A DNA stretch of 61,281 nt, counting the filler, from Ginglymostoma cirratum (Eukaryota), in assembly GCA_024137785.1 (NCBI GenBank). It is 3 parts of 3 records of this genome, joined end to end, with 100 filler letters (N's around TTAATTAATTAA, not from the genome) between each part and the next. Parts side by side here need not be neighbours in the genome. Positions count along the whole stretch, not along the records: positions 1 to 23,071 come from JAHRHZ010000115.1; positions 23,172 to 50,026 come from JAHRHZ010000250.1; 1 more part is not named here. One strand, 5' to 3'. The stretch's first letter is position 1, and each line of letters opens with the position of its first letter. The notes under the pieces were generated by a model. The model was given only the letters and a program-made list of their open reading frames with translations. It was not told the origin of the DNA and searched no databases. Positions 12,647-26,059 of the stretch are shown here, piece by piece. The translations under genes and the position numbers were made by a program.

Positions 12647-13592
12647 TAGAACAGTATGCGCCGAATTCAGATAAATCAAAGTAATTGCCAAAGTGAGAGA
12701 CACAAGTGCAGCATGGGCAATATTTCTTCTCCTCACTTACGTTGAATACATTATGAAAAAATGAAAATACGTGATTAGAGAATTACATCGTACAAATTAA
12801 AGACATTGCTATACAGTTGCTGTCGATTCCACGGTATCTGGCGTTGTGTTTTACCCGGTAAAGAAGTTTTACAAAGCAACAACTACAGTCACTGCGAGAA
12901 GCGTTCTGTGATGACGGCAGCACGGGCAGCCTTATCTAGTTCATATAGATTTCCAAGTAAAATTCCTAAATCGTTCTCATATGTTTTCAGTTCAGCTTTT
13001 GACTTCGGTCTGGTTTCTGGTCATCCAGTAACCATTCAAGAACCTAGAGGTCCTCAGGCCTGTGTCACAGATCACATCTGTATTGACCTATGTTAATTAC
13101 CTTCTCGCTCTGTCATGATAACATTTCTGTTTCGCCTGATAATGCTTTCTGTACTTGGAGTTAATACGTGTAAGTTATTTTAACATTGAGAAATCTGCAA
13201 TCAGTGTATGAGGATGAATAGAACTTTCACTGGGTAAGCTTCAGTGTCTACTGTAAACTGATATTTATAGTAAAAACTACTTGTTCCTTTGCAGAGAGGT
13301 TTTTTTTATCAAACTACTAAGCGAGGAAACATATCATTCCCAATGAAGCATTTGCTTTCTTCCAAGCAGTTGCGATTTCACGGAGTTCCCCAAATAAACT
13401 GTAAATGTTTGTTGATATACAATGTCAGTGTGAACGTCAAAATTAGTAATTCATGTGATCAATTTTATATGATCAGTGTATGAATTACAGTGGAAGTTTT
13501 CACTGCACAGAATTGTACGGAAGCGTCACTTTGTGAGACTCAGTTATAAGCAGCCTTCAACGGGCAGCAGCTGTGACCCAGAAACCGAGAGC

Positions 13593-13631
13593 AGTTATTG
13601 TACGAGACTGTCGCTCGTTCCCATTACTGTG
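13593..13631 (-). other. Recombination signal sequence, 23-bp spacer
   Basis: Minus strand CACAGTA (13631-13625), exactly 23 nt of spacer, then ACAATAACT (13601-13593), immediately after YYCAAS. Confidence 0.9.
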
Positions 13632-13935
13632 AGGCTCGCTGCACAGTAATAGAGAGCGGTGTCAGACAGCAGCAGCTTCGAGATGGTCAATCGGTACGAC
13701 TTGTCTGACTGCTGGACTGTACTAGAAAACCACTCCTGTGCAAAATCCGCCTTAAATTCAGCACCGCTACTCTCGGAAGTCCGGACTGCGAACTCGGGCT
13801 TTCTGCCAGGGTACTGGCGATACCAGAATAAATCATAAACATAACCGTTGTACGTGCAGTGTAAATTGACATCTAATCCCTCTGTTTGCATGAGAGAGGG
13901 CGTCCGGTGAGTAACAGAAAGTCCATCGCTCAGAT
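13632..13935 (-). CDS. T-cell receptor alpha/delta-type variable (V) exon, apparently intact
   Basis: Acceptor ttccag| at 13936, phase 1. Reads (D)LSDGLSVTHRTPSLMQTEGLDVNLHCTYNGYVYDLFWYRQYPGRKPEF...SYRLTISKLLLSDTALYYCAAS, with the V-set Cys, WYRQ and DxAxYYC motifs and no stops. A 23-RSS follows directly. Confidence 0.93.
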
Positions 13936-14255
13936 CTGGAAGATAAGTTTAGAAATAGCAGGGATAATTGATTGAAGGTTCAGTTAAAAGCTCGAACCAA
14001 CAGTTAGAAAAACTCACATTAGCTACAACATGAAATGATACAGGAATTTGATCATGAAAATGAAAAAAAAACACAAACAACTCCGTCTGCCAGCGAACTC
14101 AGTTCTGAGGATAGCTCATAGGATAATAATTTGCTTTAATTCTGTTGCTCTCCACGATGCTAAAAGACCGTGTGGAGATTTCCTCGTAAATTTTGTTTTT
14201 TCTTTCCTTTTGAACAAATAACTAATTCAGAAAACCGGTCCAATGTCCGTTTTAC

Positions 14256-14310
14256 CAATCCACAATAGAATCCATGTAACCCCGTGTTCTAATTTTCGCT
14301 GCATATACAT
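14256..14310 (-). CDS. Leader exon of the intact TCR V segment
   Basis: ATG at 14310 reads MYMQRKLEHGVTWILLWI+G, 55 nt (phase 1), followed by a GTAAAA donor. It splices in frame to the V exon at 13935. Confidence 0.75.
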
Positions 14311-14338
14311 CCTTTCATCTCTTCATCATCTGTGCAGC

Positions 14339-14345
14339 TGACGTC
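14339..14345 (-). promoter_or_regulatory. CRE-like element in putative V promoter
   Basis: TGACGTC about 30 nt upstream of the leader ATG. CRE motifs are typical of TCR V promoters. Confidence 0.4.
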
Positions 14346-15961
14346 CCATTCATGACTTTATGGTGTGATTCAAACACCCCTTGAGACAAGGAGTTCCATG
14401 TTCTAAAACTGGATTTCCTTAAGTTTTCTTTTGGATCATTATTCTGACTCTTATGAGGTATCACAGTGTGGATCATACTTTTCGAAAGCAATTCAATCTT
14501 AATCGTGGGATCATCACTCTAATTGCTCTTTTTACGCTTGGTGTCCCTTTCTTCGTTTTCTTCTTGCAAGATGGAGAGTAAATCAGTTTACAAAGCCCAT
14601 GTGCAAAACAACCAATGTCTAATACATTTTGAAAAGAATACTCGTTTAGTTCACACTCGTGATAGAGAAATTCAACCTTTTCCTTCAGTGTAAAACTTCT
14701 TACCGACAACGAATGTAACCGAGAGCACCGTGAAAAGGGAGGACTGCATCATTGTGGCTCTGCTTGTGTCACACGAATTTGAAAAGTATCAAATGAGAGA
14801 GAGAGAGAGAGATCATTGACTGAGAGTGTCACTTCCTTCACAGCAAGCAGCTGCTAACAACATATGATTGTTTGTGTGTCACTTTTGCTTCAATAGTCGT
14901 TGTTTATGACTTGAAACCCACATTCTGGTGTTCTCAGAAAAAAAAAACGAATAAATATAGACCGGCTGGAATTTAATTAAGCTGTCAGTCTGCTCCTTAA
15001 TCTGAAATGTGTAACTCAAAGAAGTAGAGGTGCAATGCCGATACAGATAATCAGTTAAATTGTACACAGTGACTAGTCAGACAGACTTCGTTGATAGATT
15101 TGACTTTGATTGACTTCCCACCAGAAACACACAAGTTTATTTTCGTCAAATTCGGCAGAGGCATACGGCTGTGGAATAGACAGCATTTCTGAACCTGAAG
15201 CACAAAACGGAGTTGACATCCTGAAGAGACGACAGACAGTGGGGATTGTCCACTCGCAACGTAACAGGGTCTTTTTGGTGGGATCTGAGGATGATTGTCC
15301 GGGATTCTTCCTGTGACCAGAACACATGCTAGTGTTGAACGAACATCCTGAAAGGCAAATGACGTTTGGGTGCTCTACGTTTTCAAGACCAGTGTCAATC
15401 GTTTGAGAAGTATAATCATAACACATCCACTGAATGAAGTAGGAACACACTCCAGTGAGTAATCAGACCGCAGTACAATGTTCCATGAAACTGACCGTGA
15501 AATGCGTAAAGGTTGACCAATGTTACACTAATGCAGAGAAAGTGCTCTGGAAGACAATAATAGCGATCTAATCTTCTGTTTAAATATTCCGCCTTTGTAT
15601 GCATGGGTTTCCTTCAGTTGTGCCGGTTTCCTCCTGCAGTCCAAAGATGTGCAGGTTAGGTGGATTGGTCATGCTATATTGACCCGTGATGGCTAGGGAT
15701 GCGGAGGATAGGTTGACCAACCCTGTGAAATCCAAGGTGGATGGGATGGCATTGTTCGTTGGTGCGATAATCTTCAGAGGGGCTATGAGGACTCGATGGA
15801 CCAAATGGCCTGATTGAACACTGTAGGGATTCTATAGCTCTTATTCTATGAATAAATTTACAACTACTCGTTTCAGTGAACATACGAGTTGGAATAAATA
15901 ATATTAGTCCATCAGATAACATCAATTTTCCTCGTTGTTTGTATTGGTTGATATGCTTTTT

Positions 15962-16270
15962 GGGTGGTACGGTAACTCAACACTCCCTAACAGCACTGGA
16001 AGGCCGTGTACGGCTCCAGCCTGAGGAGACCTTCTGTGTGGAGGTGGCCATTCTCATGTTTCCCTATGGGTACTACAGTTTCTTCCCACGGTCCAAAGAT
16101 GTGCAGGTTAGGTGGATTGCGAATGTCAAATTGCCCATGGTGTCCAGGGACATACAGGCTGTCTTTTCTGAGCCTATGCGTATGTTACTTTTTAGTGGAT
16201 ACTGTTCAGAAGGTTGGTGAGGCCTCGATGGACTGAATGATTTGCTTCCACGCTGTCGGGATTCTATGAT
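15962..16270 (+). mobile_element. HE1-like tRNA-derived SINE
   Basis: Degenerate tRNA head gggtggtacggtaactca plus core cacggtccaaagatgtgcaggttaggtggattg. Another partial copy lies at about 15590-15845. Confidence 0.75.
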
Positions 16271-18924
16271 TTTTTGCAGGAGGTCTCCGTGGATCTGAAA
16301 TTATTGCTTCTGTTTATCAGTGTGAGTGCACCCTCTGCTGCACACTAATGGAACTCTCGGATTTGGGGGCTGGGGGCTGGAGGAATGTGTTTCGATTTGA
16401 TCAACATATCTCTGCATCAATGTGCACTTCATGTCACAGAAATGCAACGCGCAGTCTGGCAGAAGGGTCCAAAAGATACATACAGGAACGATTTTGTCTT
16501 TTTTGTTTGTTTAAATCAGCTGAGAACCTGTTTGCTACATCTGAAGATTTCTCTTCAAACCCAGTGACATACATCTTCAGGCAGTGTCTTAGAGTTTTCC
16601 CGAAATACTTGGTGTAACAGAACAATACCACAGAAAGAAAAGATGTGTGTATTGACAATCGATTATCACGCTCTGAGGTTCCAGAATCATGAATTCAGAT
16701 GAATCCTGAGACACCGATTCGGGCCAGCCACTTCTGTACCACAAATTCAGAATGATCGAAAACTCATAGCGAACATGTAATTCCTGAATGGTATTCTAAC
16801 TATTTTACCACAGACTCCGCAGGCAGGAAGACGAGTAATATTTGGAAAAACACCGGGTGCATATGATGTTCGGATCGGAGTATAGTACAAACATAATCCA
16901 GAAGGATTTCTATATTTTTATGCATTTCAGAGTCAGACATCGCTTATTGAGAACGAGAGCGGAGATTTTCAGGAACAAGATTTACTGATCAGTCAGAACC
17001 AATGACAGTTACGCTCCAATCAACGACAATTGCACAAAATAACTTTCTCCATTCTGTTTCTCAGCGAACGTTAACGGCATTCGGGTCATTTTATGAAACT
17101 TAGTATCTTTCTCTGCCAGTACGTCTCTCTGCCAGCCCTTCCAGCTTTTCATGAAGGTGTGAATTCTGGGGGAACAGAAATCAACTTAAGAGAAAACACA
17201 CAAAAAAGATGTGTTTCACACTTCTGGTAAACAACACCACATAACGTTTAAGGAAAACAAAGAACCGTGCATTTTGTGAATCTGTAACAAAGCGGAAATT
17301 GCTGCAGAAACTTAACAAGTCTGGCTGCATCTGTAGAGGGAAAGCAGGGCTAACATTTAGAGTCATCGGCTGCAAAGAGGAAGCATTCCTGTTGCACCAG
17401 GTGATTTCAGTGCAAGATGGCGGCACAGGAGTTCGCTCCAGCCTGAACTTCTCTTCTTCGCCAGTTCCATTACATTTTTCTTTCTTTTCTCTCTCTTTAT
17501 GCAATTTTTCTTCCCCTACCTCCCGTTAACTTTTAACTTCTCATACTTACCCGAAGGGATGGCAGAAAGGAGGAGGTGAAACTCAGTCCAGAACAATGCG
17601 GAAGGTGAATCAGAGATCATGCCAGTGCGGGTGTAGTTTTCTGGAGGCGAGTCGCAGGCAGACCCTGGTGCGGGAGGAAGTCCGATGCTAGGCCATCCCG
17701 AGAAACAAGTTCCAGTGGAAGTCAAGTCCCGCAGCGGGGCACGGAAGAGATTCTCAGCACTGTCAGCCAGACAGACGAGTTCTGGAAGCGATTCGAGGGT
17801 CGGCGGCAGGTGCACGTGGTAGTGTGAGCCTGGAGCAGTCTGGAAGACAATTTGAGAGGCGAGTCCTGGTTGCGAAATCGTGCGCTGGAAAGTGGCACCA
17901 GCGGGAGTCGGTGTCGAGTCCAAACCGGAAGAGATGAGTTCTAGTGTTGGGTCTTTGGCCGGAGGCCAGCGCAAGAAGGCAGCGAAACCCTGAGGTCTGA
18001 ACCCTGCGTGGCACTGACACAGATTAAAAAGCCATAATTTGATTTCATTTTGAAGGTTCTTTTTATCTTTGTCAGGACTTTGAGTATTTTGTGTACTATT
18101 TAAAACTTCGTTTCCTCTGTTAGATTTTTGCATACTATTTCAATTCTGTAATAAACACGGACGTACCTGCATCTAGGTTACCTCTATCTACGATGGTGCC
18201 ACAACGGTGACGGTACAAGCTTCTTGCTGAACTCATTCGCGTGACACTAAAGTGTATTCTTTTCTCCTGCATCTCCTTCAATTACTTTATTTAAAATGGA
18301 ACGCCCACAGCGCTTCGCAGGGATGACCTGTAAGAGAGACTGACACTGAAAGTGAGATACAGTTCAGGGGATGAATTTCGGCTTTCAGGACTCTCTTCAA
18401 AGGGAACGTGTGGATTTTAGGTTCCAGTGAACACCTATCATACCTATAACTACTTTCATGAGCATTTTAAAATTCAGAACACACAAGGCTATGGGCAAAA
18501 TGCTGGAAACTGAGATTAGAATAGATGGACGCTGATGGCTGGCACTTAAAAGATGGGCTGAAGTGCCTATCGGTCCTGTAAAAACATGACAACAAGATTC
18601 GTCTAGAGGAGAGACCTATCTCCAGTGAAAATAAGAAACGAGATAAAGTGGTCAAAATCTGTGTTATTTAGAAGGGATGAAAACCTGGGAGGTGTCTTCC
18701 ATGGGGGTCTCATGGTTGGGATTCATGAATTTCAGTTCCGTAAACTCAGTTTGATTTCTGACCAGCTTAGGGCGATTTGTTATTCATGTCAGAACGGTTA
18801 ACATCTCTGGAAAATCCTAACAGTGACAACTGTGAAAACAGTCCAGCTGTGTCGGAATTGCTGATGGTTTTGTGTTAGTGATGAAAGCGTCACACGAGAT
18901 TGTGACTAAATCGCATGTTCTTCT

Positions 18925-21200
18925 GCAACCAAAACAGAAATTGCTGGAAAAAAACACAACAGATCTCGAAGTATCTCTGAAGAAAAATCAGAATTAATGC
19001 TTTGGCTTCAGTGTCGCTTCTTCAAAACTGATATTAGCGGGGATGCAATTGATTTAGTGCAGAAGATAGGAATAATCTAAATTTCGATATGAATATCAAA
19101 GAGAGGCAAAAGCACTTGGGCAAAAAATGAATGGAAAAACTCCAGCCGCTGAAAATAAGTAGCTGCTATTTCGAACAATTAGTGCCGAACAATGCAAGTG
19201 ATAGATGGTGAGTGATGTAGGCAAAATTGCGAGGTTTAAAAGGCACATAGAAAAATAAATTAACAAGAAGGTTTATGGACCAGGAGCAGGTAGGTGGGAC
19301 GAGTTTACCTTGGGATTATGTACAACGTGGACGAGTCAAATCAATGTGCTTGTTTCCGTGATGCATGATACTTTCATTCATTGATAACAAGGCCTGATGT
19401 GTGGGGTTGACAGAAAGCGTGAGGAAGGAACTGAAGCCCAAAAATTGTTTCAGTAGACGTTGAGTCCACAAGGCTGTCGATTTCTCAACCAGCAAATATT
19501 CTCACAGTTTTCACCGAGCATCACTGGAGCACTGCAGCAAGCCTGAGACAGAAATGTTGTCTGGGGAACAAGATGGTGCGTTTAAGTGGCAGACAAGGTG
19601 TCATTTTGTGGAGAGAACGTAGGTATATGGTGAAGTAGTCTCTCAGTCTACACTTCGTCTCCCCAATATAGAGGAGAGCGGAAGCAGTCGACTATTTTGT
19701 GTGAAATACAGTCAAAATGCTGCTTCACCCTGGATGGGCTGTCTAGGCCCTTGGATGTTGAGAAATTAGGAAGTAAACGGGCAGGTATTACACCTGATGC
19801 AGTTGCATGGGAAGGTGCAGTGGGACTGTGGTAAGCGATTTCAGCGAAGGAGACCTCAACGTTGTGCTCAACGTGAAACTGTTCTTGCAGAAAGCTGACA
19901 ATAGTTGGGAATAGAAAATGTCTCTGGCGGAGCCATCCCGTTGTATGTGGTGGAAATAACACCAGTACTTCTCTGAATGTGGATGCTGGTCCGATGGTTG
20001 TTGAGGAAAATGGGGAACACTATCGCTTATGTTGGAGTGGACAGAGGGGTCTGGAGCTGAAGTGTAGGCGTTTGCTCGGAGCCAAATGCATATCCTGTCA
20101 AGTATGGTGCAAGAAAAATTTTTTGAAGACGAAATGGATTCTTTGTAGGCTTTATTATTGAGGTAGTCATTTTTTAAATCAGATGCAACAGAGACTGGGA
20201 GAATGGAATAAATTTGTTCCAGGAAGTAGGTTGTGAGGATGTACAGTCAAGGCAACTGTAGATGTTGACTCGTTTGTCGTGGATGTTTGTGGGCAACCTA
20301 TCTCCAGAAATGGAAACAGAGATTTCGAGGAAGGGAAGGGAGGAGTAAGATATCATCCAGGTGAATGTGAGAGTGGATTTGAAATAGGAAGGAAATTGAT
20401 CAACGTTTTCCAAATTTGGATGAGTGAGGGAAGCAGAAGTGATGACATTATCGACATATCAGTGGAAGAGCTGTGCGTGGCAGACGAATAAGACTGTAAC
20501 AAGAAATTTTCCACATATCACACAAACAGTGAGGCATAAATGAACCCCTTGTGGGTATGCACGGCCATGTATTTTACCTGAAGAAAGTCAGAGAATTTGA
20601 AATAGAAGTTGTTCAGTGTTGATGTCCAGTTGCACCAAGCAGAGAAGGGTGATAGCTGATGTCGACGATTCAGGCCCTTTTTCTGTGAAAAAAATGAAGA
20701 GAGCCTTCAGACTGTCATGATGAGGATTTGACGTGTACTGCATTTGCACTTCACTAGTAAGGAAGAGATGGTTGGACCCCGCTAGCTGGAGATTCTGGAT
20801 TGAAGTAAAAAATTGGAGGAATTGCAGATGTAACTGAGAAGGCACTGGTCAAGGGGAGAGAAAAGATGAGTCCAAGTAGGAAGCGATACGTTCTGTTTGG
20901 CACGAGCAGGCAGAAACGATGGGCCTGCCCAGGCAGTCAGCTTGTGAATTTTATTAAGGAGGTAGAAACGAGCTGTGTTTGGTTGGGATACTATAATGTT
21001 GGAAGCAGTAGTGGGAAAGTCATCAGATGAAATGAGATTAGTGGCGGTGGCCTGATGGTGTATTGTCAGATAATATTCCTGGGGGAAAAAAGGAGAAGGA
21101 GCTGAGAGCTCGCGTTTGGTCTATGCAATATAGAGGTCAGTCGACCAGAAAAAAAACAAAAAAAAAACACCAACTTTGTCAGCAGGCTTGAATGCAAATT
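18925..21200 (-). mobile_element. Second decayed Penelope-like retroelement
   Basis: Minus strand FKPADKVG, TARFYLLNKIHK..GRPIVSACSCQTE, *YVDNV and LPFLEISVSISGDRLPTNIHDK; terminal-repeat-like segment at about 18930-19030. Confidence 0.8.
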
Positions 21201-23071
21201 CAGAAAACAGGTCGACTCCACATAAAAGGCCAAAGGCATTTTCCTCTGCTCCTGAGTGTACAGTTACTCCTGAATGCTGGACGCAGCATGACATAAACAC
21301 AGCTTCTCATTGAAACACAGAAAATTGTTTGGGAGCTTGATATCTTTGATTTCCAAAGTTCGTTTCCTCTTCTGAGATAGTCTTAGACCAGAAGGCAGAT
21401 TTTCAGTATAAGATCGCAAAATTGTGACAGAGGGAAGGAGGAATTTCGTCTCTTTTAGACTTTTGAATCAGTGCAGTTCTTTGAGGCAGAAACCTCTCTA
21501 CATGTAAAGATCTATATATCTATGTCAGGATCAAATTCTCTCTGACATTGCTCTACCCAGTTGAAGAATATCAAACTTTAGCCTGAGACCTTCTCCTCTC
21601 TGACCACAACACAAACGTTCATGTCATCTGCAAACTTATTACTTTTACCTTCTGTGCTCACATTCAATTTATTAGTGTGCAATTGTCCCAACTCCAATCA
21701 CCGCAGCTTCCAGGATACCAATCACAAAAATATTCCTCCACCATCAATCTTTTGGCTTCTAATTACCAGTCAATTTTTACACAGTTTTCTAAGTTTCCTG
21801 GGATCACATAGGCTCCTACTTTTTATACCAGTCTCCGATGTAGAACCACGTCAAATGATTGACTCAAGCCCACGTGAACAACATCAATTGTGCTGCCACA
21901 TGAAATATATTGAGTCAGCTTTTCAGAAAACCCACTTCAATTAAATTAGTCAAGCAACATTCCCTTCCTTATTTGCTTATTTCCTTATTTGCAATCATCC
22001 ATTTGTAACAACTGCGACCATTGGAAATGTCTCTTGAAACCTCGCTCACTTTTCTCGTTAGTGAACTTCAGCTCACCTGAAACATGTGCTACCAATGTTC
22101 TTCCAAAAGCCTGTAAAATGCTTTTCATCGTAAAGTGAATAAATACCATTTGCACATTTTTACAAGTCAGCATAGTTTTTGTATGATTACATCACTCTGT
22201 TTAGATCTCAGTGAAGTTGCGGTCAGCATGTCCAATCTTGTGACCTTTGTTAGTTTCTATCACTGACTTTAAAGGTGGTCCAAAAGAATCAACGAGAGAT
22301 GACAAAGACATAAAATTAAATTCGTTTTCTCGTTTCGAATTGTTCTGCACAATTCAGAAATTTGTGTGTGTAAAGGGAACATGGTCTTAACCAAATCGTG
22401 GACATTGTTCCTCTCTGTGTAACTGTTACTTCGCAAACTTTTCTCACTATCGGTGTATTTTTATATATTTTACTTTTCGACTGTCAAATGGTACCAATGC
22501 ACTTTTTAAAAAGCCCGTACTTTAGCGTGGAATTTCATTTTAAAGACTGAAGAGAAAATAAACCATAAGCCCTATGAATCCAATATCGTTCTTCTGCACA
22601 GATTCAACGTTTCTCTTTAATTCACTTCTGCTGGCTTCCTCCTGGCTCAGTGCGTCATCTCTAATATGAAACATTTCCTGATTTTTGCAGAGCTACTCTT
22701 TGTTGTTTTCAAAGTGAGAAAATCACATTAAGAGATTGTGAAGAAGAATAAATCCCCATTTCCTGATGAGGAATCAAAGTAAGGCAATGGTGGTGAAAGA
22801 TCAAAATCATCATTACGGCGGCGGGGGGTGCAGAGGGGTTATTGGTTAGGCTTGTATTTTTTTCTTCATGACAATGAATCGCTGGAGGCTCAAAACATCA
22901 GATTGAAGACATTCATTTGATTCACAATATGCAGACAGGAGCTGGGCAACTCAAAACAGGCACAGGAGTGGGAAGGATGGACTAAATGAGAAGTTGGTAA
23001 AAGGAATGTAAATCTGGCTTTGAAGGTCTGCCCAGAATTCAGACAGCGTGCGTGAGACTTGGATTTACTGA

Positions 23072-23324
23072 NNNNNNNNNNNNNNNNNNNNNNNNNNNNN
23101 NNNNNNNNNNNNNNNTTAATTAATTAANNNNNNNNNNNNNNNNNNNNNNNNNNNNNNNNNNNNNNNNNNNNCACATANNNNNNNNNNNNNNNNNNNNNNN
23201 NNNNNNNNNNNNNNNNNNNNNNNNNNNNNNNNNNNNNNNNNNNNNNNNNNNNNNNNNNNNNNNNNNNNNNNNNNNNNNNNNNNNNNNNNNNNNNNNNNNN
23301 NNNNNNNNNNNNNNNNNNNNNNNN
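23072..23324. other. Artificial scaffold-join spacer plus gap
   Basis: N44-TTAATTAATTAA-N44 (23072-23171), then CACATA and 147 N. Confidence 0.95.
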
Positions 23325-24636
23325 ATGGGTCTGGTAAGATTATAATGACTTTACTTTTTTATCATGTTTTAAAATCTATGTTGCATTCCTTCCAAGGTCA
23401 ATATATTCTTTTAAAGTGCGCTGTCTGCTCTATTCTGTCTGCTCACAGGACTCTAAATGCCGTCTAACAAAGCAGCATTAAATCGCAAGGACAGTATGGT
23501 CTGAGATACAATTGTTGAGCCAAATATGGCCAATCTCTGCAGTGCTGCTGCCAAGGGACAGTGCAAATATTACTTCCTAAATGGCAATTTTTAAAATTAA
23601 AATGCCCTGTTGCTTAGAACTTTCCTTCAATAAAATGGTAACAGAAATATATCGGAATAGGCATCACGTGTTCAATACTTTCACCTCCCGTGCTCTGTTA
23701 GTGCAAGAGGCAAAAATTCAACCAGCCACTAGGACATGTGCAAATGCAGTAACCAACAACAGAACAGGACAATACTCCCCCACTTTCAGCTGCTGAATAA
23801 TACGATACACAGCATGTTGCATCTTATTTAGAATATTATTAGAATGTCGATATGACATTCTCGGAATGGGAAATGTCATTTAATTATATCATCAAAATAA
23901 CATTAAGCATTCAGTTCCACCTGACCTACTTAGATAGGAATGAATTAAATGGAACAAATGCTTACCGAAAAATTCCCTGAATTCGACAGTCAAAAACCTC
24001 GCTAGTTGTTTATGATTGAGCTTCCGGCTGTCATTTCTGTTTTATGAAGATATCATTAAGTAAGTGTATGTTCATCACACAGTTAGTTCTGTTGATAAGG
24101 AAGCTGCTGGGGAGAACATTACAGCTGCTGGAAAGGTTTATTGGAGCCGAGGGTTAGGATTTAAGAAATCTCTCTGTCTTCCATCGTGCAAGTTTTCAAA
24201 TTGACACAAATTGGATGTGACCAGCAAACTTTGACACCGAATGGTGCACTGTTGCTTTTCTGGTCTCAAGGAACATGCTTACTGACTGTTGGACTGAAAT
24301 TCAGAATGTGGACCTGTTTATGAACTTAGAAACACGTAGGATCAGAATAGAACCAATTTGTTTTCCAGCTCGACCCGCTGACAAATAATTATTCTAAGTA
24401 ACCATGGGATCCCTGCTCTCACAACTATCTTTCTTTGGTTCCATCAGAGAAGTGTTTTCGATGAAATGATACCTCACTACCCAGCCCTTGGGTAATTCTG
24501 ATAAGTACATGATCCGTTTGCTAGACTTGAATCCATGTAGGCTTGTAAACATTTCCTCATGTATCTTAATGGACTCCATCCTGTGCTGAAATTCACTTTT
24601 GAAATGAAGCAGACAGATGTCCTAGTTGAGAAATTG

Positions 24637-24980
24637 GGGTGAAACAGTGGCTCAGCGGTTAGCACTGCTGCCTCACAGCCACGGACCAGGTTTGATTTCA
24701 GCCTCGGGCAACTGTCTGTGTGGAGTCTGCAACATTGTCCCTGTGTCTGTGTGGGTTTCCTCTGGGTGCTCTGGTTTCCTCCCACAGTCCAAAGATGTGT
24801 AGGCTAAGTGGATTGGCCATGCTAAATCACCCATAGTGTTCAGGGCTGTGCAGGTTAGGTGGATTACCCATGGGAAATGCAAGGTTACAGGGACAGGTGT
24901 GGGTCTGGGTGAGATACTCTTCAGAGGGTTGGTGTGGACTCAATGGGCTGAATGGCCTGTTTCCGCACTGTAGGGACACT
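24637..24980 (+). mobile_element. HE1-like tRNA-derived SINE
   Basis: gtggctcagcggttagcactgctgcctcacagc (A box) ... cacagtccaaagatgtgtaggctaagtggattggccatgctaaat. Confidence 0.85.
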
Positions 24981-26059
24981 ATTCTACACCAGTCCATTGT
25001 TGTCTCAGTAGATCATTTGGCTGAATGGCCGGCTTGTGAGGCAGCATGATGCTAATGGCAAGGGTTTCAATCTTGAAACTGGCTGCAGTTACCAGGAAGG
25101 ACCCTCTGTCTCTGCATCTTCCCTCACCTGAGGCATGGTGACCCTCAGATTCGACCATCACTAGCCGTGTGCTTGCCTCTAGAGAAAAAAAATCCTATAA
25201 TCTGTTTGGACCATAGCAACTCCATTCTTACTGTCAACCACAGACCCACCTTCTTCACTGATCACGTAAGGATTCCTGCCGTCCCTGTAAAATTCGTATC
25301 ATCAGCAACCTCATAAACAGTGCCCAAACCACTTGTTCAGTGAGTGAACTTGATGCTGAAGTAGGACGTGTCAGAGTCATCCTGAGGGATAATAAGGACA
25401 TTTATCAGGTTAATTCTTGCTGTGTATTGCACAAACTCATGCAGGAGACTAAACCAATCAACATCAACCTGCTCAGATTAAAATTTAAACAAAGTTTGAC
25501 TGTTAGTTAACCGTCACTCATCATTAGCTGGTACCTTCTTCATAACAGCACCTCTACCAAACAGAGTTCACTTGCCAACCAATGATCACTTATGTGGTAT
25601 AAAATATCATTTAACTCCTCTATTTTCAGATTTTTTCAGAATGTCCTAATAAGTGCAAGATGAAAAGTTTCAACAATATATTGCTTCAGCAATACTCAAG
25701 TTCTGTACTGTCCAATGACTATAGATAATTATTCTGTTTTTGCATTTAAAGTTTCCCTGGATCTCTCTTGAATATGTTGGTATGAACAGCTTTTGTCATT
25801 AGTGTGCACAACTATTCCGTACGTTTATCATCATGCACATGAAGCGACTTCTGAACCCCCTTCTCCTGAATTTTACTCCACATTGTTTTGTAGGAAATGT
25901 GGCAGTGTTAACCATCATGATTCTGGTGATTGCAACAATTAGGCTGGTCAGCAGATAATCCTCAGTTTGAGAGCAATAATCCAGAGACACGAGCTCAAAG
26001 CTTATCTCGGTAACTGGCGAAAATAAACGCAGTCAACAAGTTAATCTATTTATTTTTAT

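Noticed and set aside
13632-13935. NAR-TCR supporting V-delta or IgH-like V
   Set aside because: It has its own leader exon and no extra CDR1 Cys, and the framework motifs are those of a conventional TCR V.
24637-24720. tRNA genes at this and similar sites
   Set aside because: The A/B-box heads continue into the SINE body, so they are tRNA-derived SINEs, not tRNAs.
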